Of a DNA stretch of 54,413 nt, positions 9,609 through 17,855 are shown in pieces (position 1 is the first letter of the stretch; every line of letters begins with the position of its first letter). A model generated the notes under the pieces. That model saw only the letters and a program-made list of their open reading frames with translations, did no database searches and was not told the origin of the DNA. The stretch covers positions 1 to 54,413 of the forward strand of contig JBMORE010000181.1 of NCBI GenBank assembly GCA_049322255.1, in the 5' to 3' direction. The stretch comes from Myxococcota bacterium. GTDB taxonomy: Bacteria > Myxococcota > Myxococcia > Myxococcales > Myxococcaceae. The position numbers and the translations under genes were made by a program.

Positions 9609-11855
9609 TTGAGGCTCTGTTCGCTCGTCTTGATCTCGTTCACGATGTCGCCCGTCGCTCTTGCTCAAGAAACACCTGCGCCCACACCAGTAGAGGAAAC
9701 CCAGCCAGCCACCGACGTGGCCAAGCCGCCTGAAAGTGTGCCCGTGGAACCTGTGGGTGTGACTCCCCCCGAGGGCGCGGCGGCCGGGAGCGCTCTTCGG
9801 CCCATGGAGGAGCTGTCCATCGAAGAGCTTCTCGAATTGGCCTCGACGCTGCGCGAGTACGTCGCGGCGGGGGGCGCGCTGAACCTCCTCAGCGTTCCGG
9901 GCGCGGTCAGTGTCATTCAAAGAGAGCAAATCGAGTCGCGCGGAGCGACCAACATCACCGAGGCGATGCGCGGCCTGCCGGGCGTCGACGTCTCGATGAT
10001 TACTGCTTCCCAGCCGCTGGTCGGCTTCCGAGGGGCCAACCCCTTCGACTCCCAGCGGGTTGCGCTGCTGGTCGACGGCGTTCCCATGAACCTCGACTTC
10101 TTCGGGGTCAAGACCTACACCCAGCTGCCGGTCGCGTTCACCGACATCGAGCGCATCGATGTCCTTCGTAGCCCTGGCGTGCTTTACGGAGCCAACGCGG
10201 TCGCCGGCGCCATCAACGTCGTGACCAGGAGGCCGGCGAAGACCGAGCTGGTGGCGCGCCTGTCAGGGGGCGAAAACGTTTACCGCTCTGCCAGCGCCAG
10301 CGCCGGCAGCCCGTTGAAGAACGGCTTCTTCCGCGTCAGCACCGAGTACGCGCGGACGAATCAATTCGGAGACCGGCAGGCGGTCAGCGGCCTGGGGCCC
10401 GAGCTGGTGGAGGCGCCCGCATCCTCCAAGGCCCGCTCGAACCTCCTTGTCGATAGCCACTTCGGAGCCTCCGCCCGCGCCAACGAGCGGTTCGGCAGAC
10501 ACGCCTTCGACGTCACCGGGGCGCTGACCCAGTTCCAAGGCTTTCTGCGCTTCCCCGACCGCATCTGCGAGCAGCAACTCTCACTTCAGGGTCTGGTGGC
10601 GAGCGCGAGTCACGAGCTGACACTCGGCGAGCAAAGCTCGTCGCGTCCCTCGACGCTCACCAGCCGGTTGACGTTCGCCCAGTCTCGAATGGACTTGGTC
10701 TCGGCGCGCGCGATTGCCCAAAGTGGTGTGCTCCCTGGTTCGACGACCCCCCTGGTGGGTGCCTCGCCTCACTCGCTCACCCGCGACGACTGGATTCTCA
10801 ACAGCCAACTGTCGGTGCCGTTTTTGCAAACGTGGGAGGGTCAGCTCGTTGCCGGGGTCGAGCTGGAGTACACCACGACCCGCAGCGTGCGCATGTTGGA
10901 GTCCGACGTCGGCAAGGTTTACGGGGGCGTTTACGCGCTTCCCTCCGTCTCTCTGGGCAAGCACTTGCGCGTGTTCGCCGGAGGGCGGGCGGACGTGGGT
11001 CTACACGGAAAAGCGCTTCTGTCGCCGACCGCCAGCGCCGTCTATCGGTTGGGGGAGTTTCAATCGGTACGAGTCTCCGTCACCTCCGCCCAGCGTTCTC
11101 CGAACATCTACGAGCTCGGGTTGGCGCTGCCCTTCATCGAAGATGCCTCGTCGGGCAAGCGTGGGTACTACTTCGGCAACGCAGGGCTGGAGGCCGAGCG
11201 GCTCAGCCAAGCGGAGGTCGGCTACCTGTGGAGCTCGGATCGGGTCAATGCCGGTGCCAACCTCTTCATGGCCCAGCTCGAAAACCAGCTGGAGATGGTC
11301 GAGGTCTCCTCCGGGCGCGCCGATGCACGCGGGTTTCGCGCCACGGCGCTCGAGCTCCACGGGGGCGACTCGGGGTTGCCGTACCTCGAGTATACGAACC
11401 AGGCGAACGTGAGCACGCTGGGCGCCGAGGTCTTCGGAGAGGTGAAGCTGCCTGCGGGAGTGACCCTCAACGGCAGCTACACCTTTTTGCGCTCCCGCGC
11501 GGCGGTCATCAGCGACGAGGCGGACGTCGTTCGGCGCGAGAGCGCAGCCGATCGCAACGCCCCACCGAATCGGTTCTCGGCGGGGGCACGCTATCGGCTG
11601 AGCGGAGGGCCTCTTTCGGGAGCCACCTTCTCTGCGTTCTACGACTGGTCTGACAAGACCACCGCCTACGTCAGCGGCAAGGCGCTCACCATTCCCGCCT
11701 GGTCCAGCGTCACCGCGAGAATCTCCGTTCCTTTGCCGCGGGAGGCGGGAGACTTCGCGCTGGAGTCGTTCAACAGCCTGGATGCCTCCCACTTCGAGTG
11801 GCCTCGTCACCAGGTCGGAAGGCGAATTCTCGGCACGCTGACGCTTCGCATCTAG
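9609..11855 (+). CDS. TonB-dependent outer-membrane receptor
   Basis: Signal peptide; plug motifs AVSVI, LPGVDV, LLVDGVP, IERIDVLR, LYGANAVAGAINVVT; barrel motifs RSPNIYEL, GNAGLEAE. Confidence 0.9.
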   Translation: MRLCSLVLISFTMSPVALAQETPAPTPVEETQPATDVAKPPESVPVEPVGVTPPEGAAAGSALRPMEELSIEELLELASTLREYVAAGGALNLLSVPGAVSVIQREQIESRGATNITEAMRGLPGVDVSMITASQPLVGFRGANPFDSQRVALLVDGVPMNLDFFGVKTYTQLPVAFTDIERIDVLRSPGVLYGANAVAGAINVVTRRPAKTELVARLSGGENVYRSASASAGSPLKNGFFRVSTEYARTNQFGDRQAVSGLGPELVEAPASSKARSNLLVDSHFGASARANERFGRHAFDVTGALTQFQGFLRFPDRICEQQLSLQGLVASASHELTLGEQSSSRPSTLTSRLTFAQSRMDLVSARAIAQSGVLPGSTTPLVGASPHSLTRDDWILNSQLSVPFLQTWEGQLVAGVELEYTTTRSVRMLESDVGKVYGGVYALPSVSLGKHLRVFAGGRADVGLHGKALLSPTASAVYRLGEFQSVRVSVTSAQRSPNIYELGLALPFIEDASSGKRGYYFGNAGLEAERLSQAEVGYLWSSDRVNAGANLFMAQLENQLEMVEVSSGRADARGFRATALELHGGDSGLPYLEYTNQANVSTLGAEVFGEVKLPAGVTLNGSYTFLRSRAAVISDEADVVRRESAADRNAPPNRFSAGARYRLSGGPLSGATFSAFYDWSDKTTAYVSGKALTIPAWSSVTARISVPLPREAGDFALESFNSLDASHFEWPRHQVGRRILGTLTLRI

Positions 11856-11862
11856 CCGCGAC

Positions 11863-12906
11863 TCACTTCGAGGGCAGCTGGCCCTCGAAGGGGACCATCG
11901 CCAGCTTCGTTCCCGGCTCGGCCTGGAGGAGCTCTTTCGCCCTCGCGGGCAGATAGGCGAGCTTGTCATCGAAGCGTACCGGGGTGCGCACGGCGCGAAA
12001 GCGGCTTTTCCCCTCGTTGCTTTCCACCGCCACCAGCATCTGCTCGGCCTCGCGCTCGAAGTCCGCGGCGCCCAGCTTGGCGGTGCGGAAGTGACGCACC
12101 AGGGAAATGTCCGCGAGGTCTGCCTCGAAGTGTGGCCCACCGTCGAAGGGGTCGATGTGGTCCACATGGGAAAAGCCGATTTTTTCCAGCAAGTGCTTCA
12201 CTCCGCGCGTCTCCGGCCCCACCTCGCCGATGAGCTTCTGCGCGCGCTCGGGGAAGAGGGTGGCGTAGATGGGCGAGGCGGGGAAGAGCTCCTTGATGAA
12301 CTCCTTGTTCTGGCGCGAGAGCCGGTCTGCCTCCTTGTAGGTGAGCCCGGTGAACTTGGCGCCACAGACCTCCCACAAGAGCGAGCGGGAATCGGGCAAG
12401 AGCGGCGGCAAAAGCTCGGCGAGCACCCGCTCTCGAAAGAGCTTTCGGTGCATCGCCATGTAGAGGAAGCGCACGTACGAAAGCTGCTTGCCCGCCTTGT
12501 CCGGCCCGGCCCGAAAGGGCGGATCCACCACCAGGCCGCCAATCTCGGTGGGGCCGTCGTAGTTGTAACCAATCGACAGCACCTTGTGCCGGAAGAGGCG
12601 GTCGAGGGTGGCCGAGTAGTGCTCGACCTCGGAGACCTGGAAGTAGATGTGGGGCGCCTCGCGGGTGCCGTGCTGGGCGATGATGAGGCTGGTGCCAATC
12701 AGCTCGCGGTTGCGCACGTCCTCCAGCACGAAGAGGTACTCGCGCGCGAAGGGGGCTCGAATGCGGCCGGAGAAGCTCCGCGCCGACTTCTCCAAGAGCG
12801 CCTCGAGCACCGCTTCGTTGTTGGGCAGGTTGACGCTGTTGAGCACCGACGCCAAGCGCGTCAGGCCCTTCAAGTCTCCCTTGTGGGCGTCGCGAAGGAG
12901 CAGCAT
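11863..12906 (-). CDS. astA: Arginine N-succinyltransferase family protein
   Basis: NLP, YLFVLED, TEIGGL, LSYVRFLYMA, VLAEL, LTYKEAD, HIDPFDGGP motifs of AstA. Confidence 0.85.
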   Translation of the reverse strand: MLLLRDAHKGDLKGLTRLASVLNSVNLPNNEAVLEALLEKSARSFSGRIRAPFAREYLFVLEDVRNRELIGTSLIIAQHGTREAPHIYFQVSEVEHYSATLDRLFRHKVLSIGYNYDGPTEIGGLVVDPPFRAGPDKAGKQLSYVRFLYMAMHRKLFRERVLAELLPPLLPDSRSLLWEVCGAKFTGLTYKEADRLSRQNKEFIKELFPASPIYATLFPERAQKLIGEVGPETRGVKHLLEKIGFSHVDHIDPFDGGPHFEADLADISLVRHFRTAKLGAADFEREAEQMLVAVESNEGKSRFRAVRTPVRFDDKLAYLPARAKELLQAEPGTKLAMVPFEGQLPSK

Positions 12907-12998
12907 GGCCAAGGCTGGGCGGTATAGCGGACCCACGGCATCAATGGCTACGAGCTGCACTGCTCGACGCGGGCCGCGTGCTTTGGCAGGGTGCGCTC

Positions 12999-14060
12999 AT
13001 GAAGCTCCAGGCGGTGGTGATAGGTGGCACTGGTTACGGCGGCGCCGAGCTGTTGCGGCGGCTGCTCTTCCACCCGCACGTCGAGGTGGCGAAAGTCACC
13101 GCGGCGGACAACATCGGCAAGCGTGTGGGCGAAGTGCACCTGAATCTCGCCGGCCTCACCGAGCTGGCCTTCCAGCAGCTTCCGGCCAAAGAAGCGGTGG
13201 CGGGAATGGACGTGGCGTTTCTCGCCTTGCCGCACAAGACCACCGCCCAGGTGGTGTTGGAGATTCTCGACTCGGGTTTTCCGGGCCGCATCGTCGACAT
13301 GTCGGGCGACTTCCGCCTGCGTGACGCGGCCGCCTACGAACGCTTCTACGGAGTGGCGCACCCTTCGCCTGGGCTGCTCGCCGGCGGGCAGTTCATCTAC
13401 GGGCTTCCCGAGGTGAACCGCGCCGCGCTGAAGACGACCAAGCACGTCGCCAGCCCGGGGTGCTTTGCCACCACCGTCGCCTTGGGGTTGCTCCCGTTGG
13501 CGAGGGCCAAGAAGCTCGTAGGGCCGGTGCACACCGTGGCCGCCACCGGCAGCTCGGGCAGCGGCGCCAACCCTTCGCTCACCACCCACCACCCCTTGCG
13601 AGCCTCCAACCTGCGCACCTACAAGCCGCTGACGCACCAGCACGTGCCGGAAATCGTCCAGACCCTGGAGCTCGCCGGAGCGCGTGAGGTGTCGCTCGAG
13701 CTCGTGCCGGTGTCGGCGCCGCTTCCCCGCGGAATCTTCGCCACCAGCTTCGCCGAGGTGAGCGCTTCCACCACGGAGGAAGAGGTCGCGGCGATGTGGC
13801 GCGACTGCTACGCCCAAGAGCCGTTCATTCGCGTGGTGAGCCCGGCGCGCCAGCCCGAGGTGGTCGCCGTCGTCGGTGGCAACTACGTCGAGGTGGGCTA
13901 CGCCCTGGGGCCGGGCACCGGGAGCACCCGCCGGCTGGTGTGCTTCTCGGCGCTGGACAACTTGGTGAAGGGCGGCGCCGGGCAGTCGATTCAAGCGTTC
14001 AACGCGATGATGGGCTTCGACGAGCGGCTGACGTTGGCCGAGCCGGGGTTGTGGCCGTGA
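12999..14060 (+). CDS. argC: N-acetyl-gamma-glutamyl-phosphate reductase
   Basis: GGTGYGGAEL, FLALPH, DMSGDFRL, YGLPE, ASPGCF, DNLVKGGAGQ. Confidence 0.95.
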   Translation: MKLQAVVIGGTGYGGAELLRRLLFHPHVEVAKVTAADNIGKRVGEVHLNLAGLTELAFQQLPAKEAVAGMDVAFLALPHKTTAQVVLEILDSGFPGRIVDMSGDFRLRDAAAYERFYGVAHPSPGLLAGGQFIYGLPEVNRAALKTTKHVASPGCFATTVALGLLPLARAKKLVGPVHTVAATGSSGSGANPSLTTHHPLRASNLRTYKPLTHQHVPEIVQTLELAGAREVSLELVPVSAPLPRGIFATSFAEVSASTTEEEVAAMWRDCYAQEPFIRVVSPARQPEVVAVVGGNYVEVGYALGPGTGSTRRLVCFSALDNLVKGGAGQSIQAFNAMMGFDERLTLAEPGLWP

Positions 14061-14911
14061 ACCTTGCGGCGCATGCCGGTCGCTGGTTCGTGGTGAAGGT
14101 GGGCGGCGAGCTCGCTCTCGACCGTCCAGCGTTGGCTGCGAGCGTGGGTGCCGCGGTGCGCTCCTTCCTCGCGGCGAAGGTGAAGGTCGCGGTGGTGCAC
14201 GGAGGTGGGCCGCAGGCCACCTCGCTGCAGAACCGCTTGGGAGTCGAGGTGAAGCAAGTCGCCGGCCGGCGCATCACCGACGAGGCGACGCTGGAAGTCA
14301 TGAAGATGACTCTGGGCGGGCAGGTGTCGGTGGACGTGGCGGCGGCCTTCAAGCTCGCCGGTGTGCCCGCGCTGTGCACCACCGGCGTCTCCTGCGGCCT
14401 GGTGGAGGCAGTGCGGCGCCCGCCCAAGGTAATGCCCGGCGCCGGCCCCACTCCGGTGGATTTCGGGCTGGTGGGGGACGTGGCACGGGTGGACACCGCG
14501 CTGTTCGAGCGGCTCTCGGCGGCCGGGGTGGTGCCGGTGCTGGGCTCTTTGTGCGCCGACGCCGGCGGCCAGGTGCTCAACGTCAACGCCGACACGGTAG
14601 CGGCGCGCGTGGCGGGCCACCTGAAGGCCGCCAAGCTCTTGTTGGTTTCCAACGTGCCCGGCGTGCTGCGCGACAAGAACGACCTCTCCACCCGCATCCC
14701 CCGGCTCACTCCCGAGGAGGCGCGGGCGCACATCGAGGCCGGCGTCATTCAGGGAGGGATGATTCCCAAGGTGGAGGAGAGCGTGGCGATGCTCGAAGAA
14801 GGCATCGAGGCCATTCACATCGTGGGCGCCTCGCCGCCGTCGGCGATTCTGGAGGAGGCCGCCTCGCCGGGCAGCCGCGGCACCGTCTTCCTCCGGGGAA
14901 GAGGCGCCTGA
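14057..14911 (+). CDS. argB: Acetylglutamate kinase
   Basis: VVKVGG, VHGGGPQ, GRRITD, NVNADTVA, GGMIPK; GTGA overlap with argC. Confidence 0.92.
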   Translation: MNLAAHAGRWFVVKVGGELALDRPALAASVGAAVRSFLAAKVKVAVVHGGGPQATSLQNRLGVEVKQVAGRRITDEATLEVMKMTLGGQVSVDVAAAFKLAGVPALCTTGVSCGLVEAVRRPPKVMPGAGPTPVDFGLVGDVARVDTALFERLSAAGVVPVLGSLCADAGGQVLNVNADTVAARVAGHLKAAKLLLVSNVPGVLRDKNDLSTRIPRLTPEEARAHIEAGVIQGGMIPKVEESVAMLEEGIEAIHIVGASPPSAILEEAASPGSRGTVFLRGRGA

Positions 14912-14920
14912 CCCAGGCGC

Positions 14921-16039
14921 TCAAGAAGTAGGCGCGAGCAGCCATCGGGCCACCGCGTGCCATACCTGCTCGAACGCCTCGCGGGAAAAACCCGAGCCGG
15001 TGCACAGCCAGTCGTGGTGCGGGGGCGAAAGCTTTTCGCCCGCGAAATGGCCGAGCACATCGAGGTGGTCGGCCACCGCGCAGGCGATGACGTCTCCCCA
15101 GGGCTGCGAGAGGGTGGGCACCACTCCGTCGTTGTCCGTCGCCGAGGGCAGCTCGCCCAAGCCGGCCACCAGCGCCGCCCGCGTCGCTTCGGAAAGCGGG
15201 AGCAGCTTCTTCGCGTCCATACCCGCCGCCAGCCGGTAGAGCGCGTCGTAGAGGGTGTGGGTGGCATGGGCGTAGGCCGACAGCCCCGCCGCCAGCCGGC
15301 TGCCCAGACCGGGCGGCCGCGCGCGCGTCACCACGCAGCCGTAGCGCACCTGGGGGCGGTCGCGGGTGGAGGCGTTGAACAGCTCCATGCTGTCGGGCGC
15401 GAGCTGAAGCATCAGCGCCTGGTCTTCACCCACGTCGGTCATGAACTGGCGCAAGGTGGCGCGGCGGTCGGCGGTGAAGCCCCCCAGCATCTCCTCGATG
15501 AGGCCTACGAAGAGGCCCTCGTCCTTTCCCCCCTCTCGGCCGGTGAACATCCGCGTCACCTCGGCCAGCGCCGAGAGCGGCAGGCTTCCCACTCGCAAAG
15601 CGTAGATGGTGGAGAGCGAGAGCAACTGGAGCAGCCGCTGCCCCAGCAGGCTGGTGAAGAAGGAGGCCACGGGGGTGCCTCGATGAGGAGTGCTGACGGT
15701 GACCAGCGAGCGCACCCGCGCGGCGTATGCTTCGGCGGAGAAGGCGGTGGGGAAGCTCGCTCCCGGTGAGAGCAAGAGCCGGGCGTCGAGCCCGCCGCTG
15801 GAGTGCCCCACCAGGTGGAGGGGCGCCTCGTCGCTCCCGGCGGTGGCGGCCAGGGCCTCGAGCAGCCGGGTGGCGCGCCTGGGCAGCGATGCGGTGGGTG
15901 GCGTGTGCACCACGTGCACCTGCGCGTGGGCGCCCAGCTCGGAGAGCGCCCGGGTCAGCGTGTCGCGCACGTGCCCGAAGTAGGCGAAGTCGCCGAGGTT
16001 GGCGAAGCCGAAGAAGCCGGGGACGAGGAAGACGTGCAA
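14921..16039 (-). CDS. Alpha/beta-hydrolase (triacylglycerol lipase-like)
   Basis: LVPGFFG oxyanion region, GHSSGG nucleophile elbow, TPHRGT, NDGVVP, DHLDV. TTG start; the nearby ATG at 16049 is out of frame. Confidence 0.85.
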   Translation of the reverse strand: MHVFLVPGFFGFANLGDFAYFGHVRDTLTRALSELGAHAQVHVVHTPPTASLPRRATRLLEALAATAGSDEAPLHLVGHSSGGLDARLLLSPGASFPTAFSAEAYAARVRSLVTVSTPHRGTPVASFFTSLLGQRLLQLLSLSTIYALRVGSLPLSALAEVTRMFTGREGGKDEGLFVGLIEEMLGGFTADRRATLRQFMTDVGEDQALMLQLAPDSMELFNASTRDRPQVRYGCVVTRARPPGLGSRLAAGLSAYAHATHTLYDALYRLAAGMDAKKLLPLSEATRAALVAGLGELPSATDNDGVVPTLSQPWGDVIACAVADHLDVLGHFAGEKLSPPHHDWLCTGSGFSREAFEQVWHAVARWLLAPTS

Positions 16040-16050
16040 GGCGCGCCATG

Positions 16051-16182
16051 CTAGCTGCGCGACGGGTCGACGCGCACCCGCTCACCACACTTGGGGCAGA
16101 AGTCGGGAGCGCCGAAGTGGTGGCGGTCTGGGTCGAACCGCTCGCGGCGCAAGACGATGATGCCGCACGAGGGGCAACGCAC
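16051..16182 (-). CDS. Small zinc-ribbon protein (43 aa; below ORF-track cutoff)
   Basis: Own translation from GTG: MRCPSCGIIVLRRERFDPDRHHFGAPDFCPKCGERVRVDPSRS*. Two CPxCG knuckles; fills an otherwise empty gap. Confidence 0.6.
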   Translation of the reverse strand: MRCPSCGIIVLRRERFDPDRHHFGAPDFCPKCGERVRVDPSRS

Positions 16183-16344
16183 GTCCGTTGGCGCCGGCCG
16201 TGGGCCGACGGATGGGTCGCGCTACCTGCTCGCACCATGACCTACTCCTCCTGTGTCCCCGGCCCATTGCTGATACGGTGTTTCGCTCTTTGCGGGAGAA
16301 GATTTTTGTCCGCCTCGAGGAGCGCCGACGTAACCCAGGCTCAG

Positions 16345-16923
16345 GTGTCCGAGGTCGATCCGGATTTCGTCCGGGCGCTGCGCGCCGGAGCTCCCGACGC
16401 GTTCGCCCACGTGGTGCGGCTCTTCACCCCTCGGCTGCGACGTATGGCCCTTCGTTATTTCCACAGTCCCTTCGACCAAGAGGAAGCGCTCCAGGAGGTC
16501 TTTGCCCTCCTCTTTCGTCAGCGCGAGGCCATCGACCCCTTGCGCGCCGACACCCTCGAGCCCTTCGTGATGACGCTGGCGAAGCGGCGGATGATTGACT
16601 TGGTGCGCCAACGGGGCCGCACCGTGGCCCTCGAGCTTTCGGACCCGGAAGAGCTCGAGTGGGCCGACGAGGCCCCCGACCCCGCCCGCGCCGCCGCGGA
16701 CAGAGAGCTTTCCGAGCTGTTCGAACGTTTCGAAAAGAAGCTCAAGCCCGCTTACAGAGCGTACTTTCACGCGGTGTTCGTCGAGGGCAAAGACTTCGAC
16801 GAGGCGCGGGGGGCGCTGGGCTTGGGGACGTTGCGCGCCAAATATTTGAAGTCGGTGCTCTTGCGCAGGCTGCGCCAGCACGGGCCGCTGCTCGAGGCGC
16901 TTGGCCGGAGGAGGGGAGAATGA
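16345..16923 (+). CDS. ECF sigma-70 factor
   Basis: DAFAHVVRLFTPRL, EEALQEVF, AKRRMIDLVR (region 2) and a region-4-like C-terminus; translationally coupled to the anti-sigma gene. Start approximate. Confidence 0.8.
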   Translation: MSEVDPDFVRALRAGAPDAFAHVVRLFTPRLRRMALRYFHSPFDQEEALQEVFALLFRQREAIDPLRADTLEPFVMTLAKRRMIDLVRQRGRTVALELSDPEELEWADEAPDPARAAADRELSELFERFEKKLKPAYRAYFHAVFVEGKDFDEARGALGLGTLRAKYLKSVLLRRLRQHGPLLEALGRRRGE

Positions 16924-17795
16924 GCTTGGGGCATCCGCGCGGGCGCATCGACCGCTACCTCGCCCGGGGAGACCTCTCGGTGGACGGCGAGGCCGCCTTG
17001 CGCGCGCACCTGACCGCCTGCGAGGCGTGCCGTGCCTACTACGACGAAGGAGTGCTTTTGCTCCGAGCGGCCCGGGGCAGCCTGGAGGCAGAAGGCTTGG
17101 GGGAGCGCGCGCGCCTGACGCGGAGAGCACGAGCGGTGACGGCTCCGAGGCGCGCTTCGCCGCTGGCGACGTGGCCGTGGCTTGTCGCGCCGGCGGCGGC
17201 GTTGGGGCTTGCGCTGGCTGCCTTCCTCGTCTTCTCGCCTCCCGCGGTGCTGGGCACGGTGGTCGCCTCCTCGGGCGGCCTTTTCATCGACGGCCGGCCG
17301 GTCGAGGAGGGTGCCCGGGTGAAGGCAGGCGAGTGGGTGCACGCGGCCAAGGGTGACGGGGCGCTTTTGCTGGAGCACAACCGCGCGGTGCTCCTGCGTG
17401 AGGGCGCGCGCTTGCGCTTCGACCATCGCGGCCAACTGGCAGAGTTGGAGGCGGGGCGGGCGCGCTTCGCGGTGGAGCAAGGACAGGGCGTGTTCGAGGT
17501 GCGCGCCGGCGAGGTGCGCGTCACCGTGCTGGGCACGGTGTTCGCGGTGGAGCGAAAGAAAGAAGGCGCCGCGCTGGTCGGGGTGCACGAGGGGCGGGTA
17601 CGGGTGAAGGCGAACAACGAGGTGGTGCTTGCGGCCGGCGAGGAGACCACGGTGAGTGGTGGAGAGGCGCAGCCTGCGCGTGCCGCGGGCCCCCGCGCGC
17701 TGGAGGAGGACCGCGGCGGCCAAGCCTCGTTGCAGCGGCTCTTCGAGCGCGCCGTCAAGGTGCCCAAGAACTTGAAAAAGGTCTTTCGATTTTGA
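16920..17795 (+). CDS. Anti-sigma factor: zf-HC2 + TM + FecR domain
   Basis: HLTACEAC (HxxxCxxC), one TM helix, FecR motifs FEVRAG..VTVLGTVFAV..VHEGRV; ATGA overlap. Confidence 0.85.
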   Translation: MSLGHPRGRIDRYLARGDLSVDGEAALRAHLTACEACRAYYDEGVLLLRAARGSLEAEGLGERARLTRRARAVTAPRRASPLATWPWLVAPAAALGLALAAFLVFSPPAVLGTVVASSGGLFIDGRPVEEGARVKAGEWVHAAKGDGALLLEHNRAVLLREGARLRFDHRGQLAELEAGRARFAVEQGQGVFEVRAGEVRVTVLGTVFAVERKKEGAALVGVHEGRVRVKANNEVVLAAGEETTVSGGEAQPARAAGPRALEEDRGGQASLQRLFERAVKVPKNLKKVFRF

Positions 17796-17855
17796 CCGCT
17801 CACCGGCACCTCGCCCGTGGCCCCGTGGCTCCCGCCACGAAGAGAACCCGGAGCC

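Noticed and set aside
16051..16182. Zinc ribbon as a LysW carrier for the nearby LysY-like ArgC/ArgB
   Set aside because: It lacks the acidic EDWGE C-terminus, and no LysX/ArgX ligase is in the window.
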